Source: an uncultured Spirochaetota bacterium (GTDB taxonomy: Bacteria; Spirochaetota; Spirochaetia; SZUA-6; Fen-1364). From it: 64,000 bases of DNA. Every line of letters starts with the position of its first letter. Within the stretch, counting starts at the first letter, position 1. Position numbers and translations under genes: made by a program. The notes below the pieces were generated by a model. That model searched no databases. It saw nothing but the letters and a program-made list of their open reading frames with translations, and had not been told where the DNA came from. The stretch covers positions 1,664,001 through 1,728,000 of the forward strand of contig CAWGAA010000001.1 in NCBI GenBank assembly GCA_963820525.1, given 5' to 3'. This document shows positions 37,357 to 47,195 of this stretch, one piece after another.

Positions 37357-38901
37357 TCACGGGGTGGGGATCGGGTACCCCCGTCTGGCAAGCTCGAGGC
37401 GCGCGTGCGCGGTCAGCTGCTTCAAGCCCGATGCCCGGATGAATGCGATGTCCGCCTGGCCCTTCTGGCTGCATCGCTCGAACGAGAGCGCGGCGGAAAC
37501 AAGCCCCTCGCCCGCCCGGGCTTCCTCTCCCCTCGCCTCAGCAAGATCGGCCAGCGCCAGATAGTCGCGCGCGGCCGCTGCATTCTTCGAGAATACCGCT
37601 TCGGGCACGGCCGAGGCCACGGAAGCCCTGTTCATGAGGGCGATCTCCCGCTCGTCGTCCGTCTTTGCCGCGGCGACGGCACGGTCCAGGAGAGCGAAGG
37701 CATCGTTTACAAACATCACGGCAGAGGCCGGCGATCCGGCCCTGCCCCCCTTCATCGCAGTGATCGAGCCAAGGTAGGCAAGCGCGGCAGGGTTCTCCGG
37801 CTCGCGGACCAGCACGCCCCTGAATGTCTTTTCAGCTTCTTCAAGCCTTTCCAGCGAGAAGAGCCCCGCTCCGGCTCGAAGAGGATCCGCCGATGCCGCG
37901 TCAGCCTGAGCGCGTGAACGTGCCGCCGCTTTTTCCACTTCGGCCTGTTTTTTTGCCTCTGCTTCAAGCTTTTCCAGGTCCACCGTTCCTGCCCCGAGAG
38001 CCGGGGTTCCGGGCAGGATAGTCACCGGGCGCAGGGTGGCATACCTGAACGAGGCTTCGTCGTAGGAGCCGAGCTGCGCCTGCTGATCTTCCGCTCTCGG
38101 CGCCAAAACATCGAAAACGCGCGGGGTCAGAGTCGAACGCGCGCCTCCGGCTGAATCGGGTGTGGCGCGGCCATTCACCCGCATGACGTTGTCCACGGCC
38201 AGGGGGTCATACCCGCAGACGAGCACGTAGTGTCTCGTTGGCCTTCCGTCCAGGATGCGCGTGACCTGGGGGACATCCATCGGCAGGCGAACGTAAACGG
38301 TCCTCTGGTCGGGGACCGCAATGATCGGCACGGGACGCTGGATCTTGCCGTCGGCCGTGCGCATGATCGCGCTCGCGTGCCAGCCGTCGATCTCTACCAT
38401 GACGTCCCAGGGCGCCGCCGGATCGAAGGATGCGAGCTCCGCCCTGGGGACCGCCGTCTCCGTGGATCCTGAGCCGCCGCCCGTATCGATATAGATGCGG
38501 ATCGAGCACAGCGAGAAGCCGTTCGGGGCCTGGTGTGGGTTTTCGAACCGCAAGAGCGTCACGGCAAGCTGCCAGAACTGGCGCTGGTCGGACCATGCGG
38601 CGTCGAGCTCGGGCTGGAATACCGTGTATTTGACAAGGTCGAAAATTCCGTGGGCCTGGAACAACGGTCCCCGGGGATAGCCGAGCCGTCCGTCACCGTT
38701 ATCGTCTCCCGTCGGATCATATACCCGCGCCATCTCGGTCCCGCCGTTGAACCTCGGATCCACCTTGAGCTTGAGGAGCGCTTGAAGGCCAGCCGTGATC
38801 GCGGAGCCCGAGAAGATGAATCCGATGGGGATCGAAAAAAAGGAAACGATGGCAATCGCCTTGAGCACTATGTCCATGATCGTTTTCATACTCGACCTCA
38901 T
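37357..38901 (-). CDS. Membrane-anchored glucodextranase-type DOMON domain + TPR protein
   Basis: N-terminal TM helix, DPTGDDNGDG..YP...FDL...NP...PNGFSL..I.IYID DOMON-like pattern, and C-terminal TPRs. ATGA overlap with the upstream gene. Confidence 0.75.
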   Translation of the reverse strand: MRSSMKTIMDIVLKAIAIVSFFSIPIGFIFSGSAITAGLQALLKLKVDPRFNGGTEMARVYDPTGDDNGDGRLGYPRGPLFQAHGIFDLVKYTVFQPELDAAWSDQRQFWQLAVTLLRFENPHQAPNGFSLCSIRIYIDTGGGSGSTETAVPRAELASFDPAAPWDVMVEIDGWHASAIMRTADGKIQRPVPIIAVPDQRTVYVRLPMDVPQVTRILDGRPTRHYVLVCGYDPLAVDNVMRVNGRATPDSAGGARSTLTPRVFDVLAPRAEDQQAQLGSYDEASFRYATLRPVTILPGTPALGAGTVDLEKLEAEAKKQAEVEKAAARSRAQADAASADPLRAGAGLFSLERLEEAEKTFRGVLVREPENPAALAYLGSITAMKGGRAGSPASAVMFVNDAFALLDRAVAAAKTDDEREIALMNRASVASAVPEAVFSKNAAAARDYLALADLAEARGEEARAGEGLVSAALSFERCSQKGQADIAFIRASGLKQLTAHARLELARRGYPIPTP

Positions 38902-40127
38902 ACAAAGAGAAAGGAGCCGGTGGTCAGCAGGTGGAGAAACCGCGCCACGGTTTCCACGGAGAAGGATCCGCAGATGATCATTCCGATGGTGAAGCCGCTT
39001 GTTGTCATGAGGGCTCGAGGCGAGAGCAGCTCCTCGAGTGCCCTGGCAAGCCCGGGGAGGAGCCCGCGCGTCTTTCCGGCGCCGGCCAGTCGCTGACGCC
39101 AGCGGGCGGCCAGCCCCCGCGGCGAGCCGCAGGCGCGCGACCAGGAGAAACGGTAGCCCGCCGCCCCCGTGGGACAGGCGGTGACGCACTCGCCGCATTT
39201 GGTGCAGGTGCGGAGAATCCGCGGGGGATCGGCGGCCATGACGGGGCATTCCTTGGCGCATTTACCGCAGCGCGTGCACAACTTCTCATCGATTCCGACG
39301 CGGTAGGGAGAGACCACGTCAACGAGGGACTGGAACGCGCCAAAGGGGCAGAAGCTCATGCACTGCGTGCGCCGGCGGGTGACGATGGGAAGGATGATCG
39401 CCATTGAAAAGAAAGCGAGCACGAAAAGGATGAAGGCGAAGAAGGTGATGGCGTTCGTCACCTCGGCGTACTCGGTAACGATCTTGAACGGGCACAGCCA
39501 GGTGCAGTACACGCTGGTCATTGTGGCCATGCCGGCCAGGGCCACAAACGCAAGCATGGCGAAGCTGAAGTACCTGACCCTCTTGTTCGGGGCCCGTATC
39601 TCCACCTTCGCGCGCGATGCCAGCCGAGAGGCTCCATCGTCCCACCCGCCGTAGAAGCAGACCCACGAGCACCAGCCGCGGCCGATGGTCAGCGTGGCGA
39701 TGAGCCAGATGGCGATCATGCCGTAGATGGAGGCGAAGTAGTTGGTGAGCTGCCCGGGAAACACGACGACGCCCGAAAGAAGGTACGGGATGATGGCCTG
39801 GGGAATGACGATGTGGCAGAAGGGAGTCTGGCTGAGGAAAGTCTCCGCTTGGGTCAACACCATGGATCCCCGGCTCTCCACAAGCCGCGCGATGAAAGCC
39901 GGTGCGAAGAGCAGGGCCGAGCTTACGAAGAAGATCCTTCGAAACGTGGAGACTCTGCCCGTTCGCTGCAAGGCGACAAACAGGGCCAGAAGAGCCCCGG
40001 CAACGATCCACGCGGCAATCCGCTGTCCGCCGTTGGACATGCCGATGAGAAAAAAGTACTCGAAGAGCGCCATGATGCCGCAGAGCACGACCACGGTCGC
40101 GACTGAAAAACCATCCGTTCGCTTCAC
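38898..40127 (-). CDS. Membrane polyferredoxin (NapH/YccM-like 4Fe-4S binding protein)
   Basis: GRGWCSWVC, YCTWLCP and CMSFCPFG motifs, two ferredoxin motifs (CTRCGKCAKECP, CTKCGECVTACP), and TM helices. Confidence 0.88.
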   Translation of the reverse strand: MKRTDGFSVATVVVLCGIMALFEYFFLIGMSNGGQRIAAWIVAGALLALFVALQRTGRVSTFRRIFFVSSALLFAPAFIARLVESRGSMVLTQAETFLSQTPFCHIVIPQAIIPYLLSGVVVFPGQLTNYFASIYGMIAIWLIATLTIGRGWCSWVCFYGGWDDGASRLASRAKVEIRAPNKRVRYFSFAMLAFVALAGMATMTSVYCTWLCPFKIVTEYAEVTNAITFFAFILFVLAFFSMAIILPIVTRRRTQCMSFCPFGAFQSLVDVVSPYRVGIDEKLCTRCGKCAKECPVMAADPPRILRTCTKCGECVTACPTGAAGYRFSWSRACGSPRGLAARWRQRLAGAGKTRGLLPGLARALEELLSPRALMTTSGFTIGMIICGSFSVETVARFLHLLTTGSFLFV

Positions 40128-40137
40128 GTTTCCCCCC

Positions 40138-40767
40138 TTATGCCGCGCCGGCAAGCCCGATGACCAGCAGGAAATACAGGCCGAGCAGGGTCATCGCGGA
40201 GCGCGCGACAAATCTGAAAACCTCGGATCGGCGCAGCACCGCGGGAAGCCCCAGGAGGGGAACCAGCCAGACGCTCGTTCCGATGAAAAAGAAGATGAAG
40301 TAGCCGGCGCCTGAAAGCGGGCTTGACCCGGCAAACACCCGTGCGGCGGCGGCGAAGAAAGGCGGGCAGATCGACGCCCCGGTGACCAGGCCGAAGAGAA
40401 ACGCGCTCATTCCCGGCCGCCAGAGCCTGCGGGCAATCTCGCATGCCTTGACCCGGGGGAAGGCTTCGGACAGCCCTGCAACGATCATGACGGCCCCGGC
40501 AAGCGAGTAGGAAATCCGCGTCAGGAGGCGCGAGAAGCCGGGATCCACGTACCGCGCAGAATAGGCCCCGATGGCGCCGAGGGCGGCGCCAACCGCGATG
40601 TAGGCGAGGAGACGGCCACCAAGGAAAAGGGCCACCAGGATACCGTTGGCCCGGAACGGCTTTCCGGCTCGCGCCTGCGAGGAGAGGAAAGGGAGGGCCA
40701 CCGGCGCGCACGCCACGGCGCAATACGTCCCAGAGGAAAGCCCAAGGAGAAACGCTTCAATCGGCAT
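40138..40767 (-). CDS. DsbD_2 / TauE-SafE-like membrane protein
   Basis: About 6 TM helices with CAVACAP, GRLLAY, CPPF and FFIGT. Confidence 0.8.
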   Translation of the reverse strand: MPIEAFLLGLSSGTYCAVACAPVALPFLSSQARAGKPFRANGILVALFLGGRLLAYIAVGAALGAIGAYSARYVDPGFSRLLTRISYSLAGAVMIVAGLSEAFPRVKACEIARRLWRPGMSAFLFGLVTGASICPPFFAAAARVFAGSSPLSGAGYFIFFFIGTSVWLVPLLGLPAVLRRSEVFRFVARSAMTLLGLYFLLVIGLAGAA

Positions 40768-40777
40768 TGCAGTCCCC

Positions 40778-41488
40778 CTACTCTTCGAAGTCTTTTAGAA
40801 TCCGCCGCGCCGCGGCTGCCGCCCGGGATTCGGGGGCCGCGCGGATGGCCGCCTCGCACCTGCGCATCGCCTCTGAAGCATCTCCCTTTCCCAGGGCTAC
40901 GCGCGCCTTGAGCAGCTCGACCGAGGCGCGCTCCCCGGCGGAAAGCCGCGCCCTCGATTTCTCTAGCAATGCGAGGTCTTCCGCGGCGACATCCCAGCGC
41001 TTCAACGGAGACTTCGCGCTCACGGACACGGAGTTTTCAGCCCGAAGGAAGCGGAGAACTACCGATTCGGGCGCCAGGTCAACGGCCTCGTCCAGTTTGC
41101 GGGCGCCCTCGTCAAGCTCGACGGCCGCCTGCGCGCCCGCCCCTGTTTGTGCAAGCAGACCGGCATGGAGCATGAGCGCGCTTCCATAATAGGCAAGCGC
41201 CATCGGCTCCTTTCGGGACGCGAGCGGCTTCAGAATAGAGAGCGAGGCCTGCACCCAGCGGCCGGGATCCGACACGGCGAGGTTATGCCGGACGATTCCT
41301 GTGACAAGCGGAAGCAAAGCCGGCGCCTCACGCTCGGCCTTTTGGATCAACTCCTCAGCCTCGGCTTGCGTCCAGCATCCGCCTGCCAGAGCGATGAGGG
41401 CGGATTGATCCAGCGCGCGGTCCTGCGCGCCAGCAAGCGCCGCGCCGAGGCAGCCCAACGCAACAATTATAGATACTCTTATGTTCAT
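40778..41488 (-). CDS. Secreted TPR-like protein
   Basis: Signal peptide, LAYYGSA...LDEAVDLAPE...RFLRA helical repeats, and GGAGG RBS. Confidence 0.75.
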   Translation of the reverse strand: MNIRVSIIVALGCLGAALAGAQDRALDQSALIALAGGCWTQAEAEELIQKAEREAPALLPLVTGIVRHNLAVSDPGRWVQASLSILKPLASRKEPMALAYYGSALMLHAGLLAQTGAGAQAAVELDEGARKLDEAVDLAPESVVLRFLRAENSVSVSAKSPLKRWDVAAEDLALLEKSRARLSAGERASVELLKARVALGKGDASEAMRRCEAAIRAAPESRAAAAARRILKDFEE

Positions 41489-42819
41489 CTGTTCCTCCCG
41501 TTCAAATCGAGCCGCGGGAAATCCGTCACGCTCGTGAAAACGAGCCGGCCGGAGCCCCGCGGATTCCATCCATAGGAAAGAGAGAAGAAAGCGAAGACAG
41601 GGTTGTCGAAGGAGATCTTCAGCCCTATCCCAAAGGCTTCGAGATCCCGCAGCTCTGCGCCGGGAAGAGTCTGGGCAACCGCGGCATCTGCGAAAAGAAA
41701 GGGGGCAAAGGCCAGGGAAATAAAGGAAAACATTCGAAGCGGAGGCAGGACAAAGCCAATCTCAGTGCTCGCCAGGGCAAAGCCCGATACGAACAGATCC
41801 ATGGGTGCGTAGCCGGATCGAACGGAGCGATCGGCCTTTCCCGCAAGGTCGAACAGGCCGTACGCGGGAAGGCCGCCCTTGACGGGAAGCAGGCCGCCAT
41901 AGGAAAGCCTCGCCGCGGCAAACGGCCCGCAGTCATCCGGGGATGAAAGGCGAGTCCAGCCCGAACCTTCAAAGGTCGCGTACGCGCCGCCATCGATAGA
42001 TAGAGAGATGCCCGCTGTATTTTCGGAATACGCCATGAAGCGAAGGGCACGGGAGCGAGACAGGCTTTGCGCGGCCAGGCCGATCCTGGGAACCCACTGA
42101 AGGCCGCCCGTCGTGTCCGGATACTCACCGAGAGCGTGGGACGAGTCGGGCAGGAGCCATCGATACGACAAACGAGAGTCGACAAAGACCAGGATGTCGG
42201 GGCTTATAGAGAAGCCGGCCGCCAAATCCGCGTCGATATCGTGAAAATCCAGAAAACCAGTACCGATCGCATTTGAATAGAAAGCATCGACACGATACGA
42301 AAAAGGCCCTCCCTCAAGAGAATCGTCTTCCCAGGCTAGGCCCGCCAGGTTGTACCCTGCGGTGATGCTCCACGATTCTCTCCGGCCGTCAACATTGTCC
42401 TTGCCCACAGACGCAAAATAGGGGCCGCCGCCGAACCTCCAGAGAAAGCCTTCCTCGAGGCGAACCGTCACCAGCCTGCCGTCAGGCGCGCCCGCAAGGG
42501 GGGTCACGAACACCTCGGCGCTGTAGAAGAAGCCGGAAGCAGCGAGCCTTTCCTGCGCCGCCGCCCTCCTGCCTTCCAGATCCGCGGCGCTCATCGAGTC
42601 GCCGGGAGAGATTCCGAGAAGCGATATTATGGTTTGTGGAGCGGTTATGCCCTCGACCGCGCGAGGGGGAACGGCGGAGCCGCTCGTCCAATCGTAGCGC
42701 AGCTCGCCCACGATCATGCGCACCTTGATCACCATGACGCGCTCCCCCGCGTCTCCCCATGCCGCGGCAGGCGCGATCAGCTTGAGAACCATGGCGATGA
42801 CGAGGATCCTGCGATCCAC
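41485..42819 (-). CDS. Omp85 (BamA/TamA-like) outer-membrane protein with a single POTRA-like domain
   Basis: Signal peptide, POTRA-like RLAASGFFYSAEV...VTVRLEEG, SVRSGY loop motif, and terminal strands FLFAD...AFGIGLKI...LSYGW. Confidence 0.68.
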   Translation of the reverse strand: MDRRILVIAMVLKLIAPAAAWGDAGERVMVIKVRMIVGELRYDWTSGSAVPPRAVEGITAPQTIISLLGISPGDSMSAADLEGRRAAAQERLAASGFFYSAEVFVTPLAGAPDGRLVTVRLEEGFLWRFGGGPYFASVGKDNVDGRRESWSITAGYNLAGLAWEDDSLEGGPFSYRVDAFYSNAIGTGFLDFHDIDADLAAGFSISPDILVFVDSRLSYRWLLPDSSHALGEYPDTTGGLQWVPRIGLAAQSLSRSRALRFMAYSENTAGISLSIDGGAYATFEGSGWTRLSSPDDCGPFAAARLSYGGLLPVKGGLPAYGLFDLAGKADRSVRSGYAPMDLFVSGFALASTEIGFVLPPLRMFSFISLAFAPFLFADAAVAQTLPGAELRDLEAFGIGLKISFDNPVFAFFSLSYGWNPRGSGRLVFTSVTDFPRLDLNGRNR

Positions 42820-42911
42820 GAAAACCCCCTCTGCGCGGAAGATTCGGCGATCCGCCGGTCCGCTTGGGTATCTAACCCCAGGGGGCTCTCGCTGTCTGTC
42901 GGGAGATAGGT

Positions 42912-43870
42912 CTATTTCGAGTCAGCAGGTGTCGGGAAATCGGTTGACAGCGGGCGCGCGGCGAGCATCCGGCCCAATTCGATCTTGTTTCCCGCACCGG
43001 TTTTATCGTAGATGCGGTTCACATGGGTCTTCACGGTGGCCATGGAAACGGAAAGCCTGTCCGCGATCTCCTTGTAGGAAAAGCCCTCCAGGAGAAGAGA
43101 CGCCACTTCACGCTCGCGGGGAGAAAGCTCGAAGCGATCGAAATCCCACTCCCCCTCGGCGGCGGCGGCGGTGTGTCTGAAATATAAAGGAAGAGTATTG
43201 AGGATGTAGATCAGGTTCCAGAGGAGATAGAAGACGGGAAAAGCCCGGAGGGACTTCGGCAATCGATCCGAGAGGGAGGGAAGAAGCTGCGGAAAGAAGT
43301 CGATCAACACGAAAAAAGGGATGAAAGCGGTCGTCAATACCGTGGCTGAGCGCATGATTCGATGCCAGCGGCTCGTTTCCGCCGGCGTGAGATCCCTCCG
43401 CGGCCAAACGCGGAGGAAGATGTTGCCCGCCACAACGGCATACACGATAACGGCGGTCAGAAGGCCGAACTCCACGTTGGCCAGCCATAGGGGGGGGAAC
43501 CCAGGCCGGCCAGGATCACCATGGCATAGGAGGCGAGGCCCAGAGCTGCGAAGATGCGGTTGAGAATCCGCTCGAAACTGAGCGCGGCCATGCTATGAAT
43601 GAAGCGGGGGAGAACCGCGATCATCAGCGACATGCCGGCAAGCTCCACAAAGGAGCTGATCAGGATCATGTTCCCCGCCCAGACTCCCGCGTTCCCCGTG
43701 TACACGTCGAAGGAATTGGAGACCAGGATGATCGTGAAGCTCGCCATGAAGGCGGCATAGCGCCGGTCGATCATGCTCTTTGCAAGAGCGCCCGTCAGAA
43801 CGGCGAAGAGAACCCCGATCCCTCCCACGGAGTAGCAGATGATTTCATAGAGGAAGATCACATGATTCAT
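42912..43870 (-). pseudogene. Membrane-integral LuxR-family regulator split by a frameshift at a C8 tract (43490-43497)
   Basis: An N-terminal TM ORF (43457-43870) and a C-terminal TM+HTH ORF (LSPREREVA...SYKEIA...TVKTHV) join in frame if C8 becomes C9 or C6. Confidence 0.82.
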
Positions 43871-43955
43871 GGCGGCGCAACCTCACCAGTATGCGAGGGG
43901 AATAAAGCGGCGTCAAGCAAAAGACCGGCCAGGCGGGACGCGTTCGCCGGCATGG

Positions 43956-46406
43956 TCATTCGTACGTATTGCGCAGGTGGTGGAACGTGAGCGATCCTCG
44001 CAAGTCCTCCAGGCTCACTTTCCGCCGTGGGGTGAAGAAAAGGGAACGCGGCGCCCCATCAAGGAGGGTGAAGCAGTTGTCGTCAAACTCGCCGGGGATT
44101 GCCCCAGTGTCAAGGGAAACGAAGAAGGCCGGCTTGTCCGTCGTAAGACGGACCGTAAACCCGTCCCCGCATTCCTCTGCCTCGACCCGGATCTCGGCTT
44201 TTTCGATTGCGCATCGCTTGTAATCCGCGAAGAAATGCTCGTTGCTGAAGACCTTGCCCTTCTCCGGCGTGTGCTTGAGGAAGAGGAACTCCCTCTCGGG
44301 GGTAGAGGTAAGCTCCTCCTGAGAGAGAACACCGACCAGCTTGGACGACCCGGCGGGAACGCGAGCGCGCAGGCTCCCGCTCGATCCGCGCGACCCGTCG
44401 AAGCCGATCACAGACCACTCCACCGTGCCTTTGGTCTCCTGAAGCGTGTCGTTCACCAGCCATATCTCGATCCCGGCATCCGTGGGGGAGGCTGCCAGGA
44501 GCACGGGGGCGTAGAACCTGGCGGCCGCGTAATGGACCAGCTTCCATTTTCCCCCGTACTCGATGGAGGACCAGGAGCAGACCGGCCAGTTGTCGTTCAG
44601 CTGCCAGTAGAGGGTGCCCATGCACAGCGGCCTGAGATGCCGCCAATGCTCCACGGCAATCTTCATGGCAAGCGCCTGCTGAACCTGGCTTAAATACAGG
44701 AAGCTCTCGAAGCCGCGGGGGAAGCGGAAATAGCGCGTCATCATCTCCGTGATCCGGGCGTTTCCTCCGGGATGGCGCTGGTGGTGCTCCATGATCGGTG
44801 AGCTGATGCTCAGGGAATCTTCCCCGGCGTAGGATTTCACTGTTTCCAAGGAGGGGAAGGACTGGTAGCCGAACTCCGAGCAGAAGCGGGGCGAAACCTC
44901 GCGGTATGCCTGGAAAGGCTTGCCCTCGTGCCAGACGCTCCAGAAGTGCATGTCACCCCGCCTGTCGTCGTGCCAGTTGTCCGAGTAATTGCTGCGCCCG
45001 CCCGACGGCGAGCTTGGCCAGAAGGCGCGCGTTGGGTCGCACTCGTCCACGGCCTTGCCGATGACGCCTTCGTACAGCCTGTCGTAGTCCGCGATGTAGC
45101 GATCCCGGTCCTGCTTGGATTCCGCGTACCAGGACAGGGCCCCGAAGTTCTCGTTGTTTCCGCACCACAGGGCGATGGATGGGTGATCCCTCAGCCTCTT
45201 GATCTGGTGGCGCGCTTCAGCGTCCACCCGGGCAAGGAAATCGGGGACCGCGGGGTACAAGGCGCAGGCGAACATCATATCCTGCCACACGAGCAGGCCC
45301 TTCTCGTCACAGAGGTCGTAGAAGTCCTCGGATTCGTACTGCCCGCCTCCCCAGACGCGCAGCATGTTCATGTGAACCTTCACGCAACTTGAAAGCAGAT
45401 GCTCCACCCGCTCGCGGGTCTGGCGCTGGGGAAGGGCGTCGCAGGGAATCCAGTTGGCCCCCTTGCAGAAGATGTCGATGCCGTTCACCCGAAAGACCAT
45501 GGATGCGCCCACTCTGTCCGTTCGGGTAACCAGCTCGAGCGTTCGAAGCCCGATCCTCTTCGTCACCGAGTGGCCGCTAAGACGGACCTCCAAGTCGTAG
45601 AGAGGCTGTTCACCGAATCCATTGGGCCACCAGAGCCGCGGGTTTTCCACGGTAATGTCCACTGACAGCCGGCGTGGACCGGCGTCGAGCTTCACTTTTT
45701 TTTCGACCTTCTGTCCGCAGAAGCTCACGGAAAGCTCATACTCAGAGGAGCGGAATGCCCGGCACTCGACAAAGACCCGCATGCGGCAGCGGCCCGCCGC
45801 ATGCTTCTGCTCCGTGTACACGTATTCAATGCGCACGGCGGATGTGGCCTCGAGGCGGATGCCGCCATAGATCCCCGCCACCATGAGGCAGGGGCCCCAG
45901 TCCCAACCCGAATGGCATTGGACCTTGCGCACGAGGTTCCTGTGTGGGGAGTCCACGGGAAATCGCGTATGCGGAACCGGATAGGGCAGGCCGCCTGCCG
46001 CTTTCGCCGCTTCCCGTTCAGCGGAATGAAAGAGAATGCGTATGGCGTTTTTACCCGGCCGGAGGTGCGGCTTGGCGTCGAAGCAAAAGCGGGTAAACAT
46101 ATTGTCAGCGCGGCCCAGGAGCTTTCCATTGAAGAAGACCTCCGCCACGGTGTCCAGTGAATCGCAGACCAGGAGGACCGCATCCTGGGAGAGGATCTCA
46201 TCCTCGACCATAAAGTCGCGCTCCCAGGCCCAATCCTCCCTGCCGACCCACTGCACGGCGAGCTCATTCGTTCCCCCGAACGGGTCTGGAATCACCCCCG
46301 CGGCGAGCAGGGCCGAATGGGTATCTCCGGGCACGCGGGCGGGCACGGTATCCCCCGTGGCGATGCGGACCAGCCGCCAATCTCCCCGCAGATCAAGGAT
46401 TTTCAA
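43956..46406 (-). CDS. Beta-mannosidase (GH2)
   Basis: GWDWGP, KGANWIP, NMLRVWGGG, WCGNNE and FCSEFGYQS. Confidence 0.94.
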   Translation of the reverse strand: MKILDLRGDWRLVRIATGDTVPARVPGDTHSALLAAGVIPDPFGGTNELAVQWVGREDWAWERDFMVEDEILSQDAVLLVCDSLDTVAEVFFNGKLLGRADNMFTRFCFDAKPHLRPGKNAIRILFHSAEREAAKAAGGLPYPVPHTRFPVDSPHRNLVRKVQCHSGWDWGPCLMVAGIYGGIRLEATSAVRIEYVYTEQKHAAGRCRMRVFVECRAFRSSEYELSVSFCGQKVEKKVKLDAGPRRLSVDITVENPRLWWPNGFGEQPLYDLEVRLSGHSVTKRIGLRTLELVTRTDRVGASMVFRVNGIDIFCKGANWIPCDALPQRQTRERVEHLLSSCVKVHMNMLRVWGGGQYESEDFYDLCDEKGLLVWQDMMFACALYPAVPDFLARVDAEARHQIKRLRDHPSIALWCGNNENFGALSWYAESKQDRDRYIADYDRLYEGVIGKAVDECDPTRAFWPSSPSGGRSNYSDNWHDDRRGDMHFWSVWHEGKPFQAYREVSPRFCSEFGYQSFPSLETVKSYAGEDSLSISSPIMEHHQRHPGGNARITEMMTRYFRFPRGFESFLYLSQVQQALAMKIAVEHWRHLRPLCMGTLYWQLNDNWPVCSWSSIEYGGKWKLVHYAAARFYAPVLLAASPTDAGIEIWLVNDTLQETKGTVEWSVIGFDGSRGSSGSLRARVPAGSSKLVGVLSQEELTSTPEREFLFLKHTPEKGKVFSNEHFFADYKRCAIEKAEIRVEAEECGDGFTVRLTTDKPAFFVSLDTGAIPGEFDDNCFTLLDGAPRSLFFTPRRKVSLEDLRGSLTFHHLRNTYE

Positions 46407-46525
46407 ATTCGGGCCTCGCTGAAGCTGGCGGGGACGTAGCTCGCGTCCGTCTTCCTGAGCGCGTACGTCGCATCAGCCCGCTTTTCAGGGGCTTCATCCA
46501 GCATGCGCAGAACGGTACGCTTCAT
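46403..46525 (-). other. 40-aa small ORF coupled to the mannosidase start, possibly the N-terminal remnant of an acyl-CoA synthetase
   Basis: Hand translation MKRTVLRMLDEAPEKRADATYALRKTDASYVPASFSEARI*. Its TGA overlaps the TTG start (TTGA). Confidence 0.45.
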
Positions 46526-46576
46526 CGGCTTTTACGGTACCACGGCTCGGGCCGGGATGCCAACCAGGGAAGGGGA

Positions 46577-46621
46577 TTGACGCCTCGTTCAGCGCGTGAT
46601 ATAGTTAGTTTATTCTAACTA
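46577..46621 (+). promoter_or_regulatory. marR promoter and operator
   Basis: TTGACG-17bp-TATAGT with an extended -10 TG, overlapped by the palindrome TAGTTAG-N6-CTAACTA. Confidence 0.75.
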
Positions 46622-46636
46622 ATCAGAAGGCAGGAT

Positions 46637-47092
46637 ATGCCGTTGGACCTGAGCCGGCTTGAGCAAGGATTGGCAGTCATCACAAATGCGATCGGGGATG
46701 CGGAGGAGGCTTTCCTGAAGGATGCAGCGGCCTCGGGCCTCACGCCCCGCCAGATGCACCACCTGGACACCCTCTCCTCCCTGGGAAGCCCCTCCCCCAG
46801 CGAGATCGCCGTCGCGTTGCAGCTCAGAAAGCCATCTATCACGGCGCTCGTCTCCCAGCTCAGCGCTCTGGGCTTCATCCGGAAGGTGACATCCGACATG
46901 GACCGCAGGGGATACCACGTGCATGTCACGAAGAAGGGCATGAAGCTGATCCATGAGCATTCGGCGCTTCACCGGCGGCTCGCCCAATCCTTCGCGGCAG
47001 CCCTTCCGCCGAAAGAGCTCGCCGCTCTGTGCACCCTGCTCGAGAAGGTCGCCCGGAAAATCGGGAAAGACCACGGACTTCCCCGGGCCTGA
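46637..47092 (+). CDS. MarR family regulator
   Basis: GLTPRQ, KPSITALV..L...G and DRRGYHVHVT.KG. Confidence 0.92.
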   Translation: MPLDLSRLEQGLAVITNAIGDAEEAFLKDAAASGLTPRQMHHLDTLSSLGSPSPSEIAVALQLRKPSITALVSQLSALGFIRKVTSDMDRRGYHVHVTKKGMKLIHEHSALHRRLAQSFAAALPPKELAALCTLLEKVARKIGKDHGLPRA

Positions 47093-47160
47093 CCCGACAC
47101 GGGATGTGAGGGCGGGCGCGGGGAAGGGGGCGCCGCATGGCGGTGTCCCGTCGCATATAT

Positions 47161-47182
47161 TGTTAGTTCAGTAAAACTAACA
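47161..47182. promoter_or_regulatory. Second candidate MarR operator
   Basis: TGTTAGTT-N6-AACTAACA palindrome with the same GTTAG/CTAAC half-sites, just before the next RBS. Confidence 0.6.
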
Positions 47183-47195
47183 GAGGAGGACGCGA

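Noticed and set aside
38902..39261. N-terminal extension of the DOMON/TPR ORF
   Set aside because: It overlaps the polyferredoxin gene in another frame. The ATGA coupling at 38901 is the better start.
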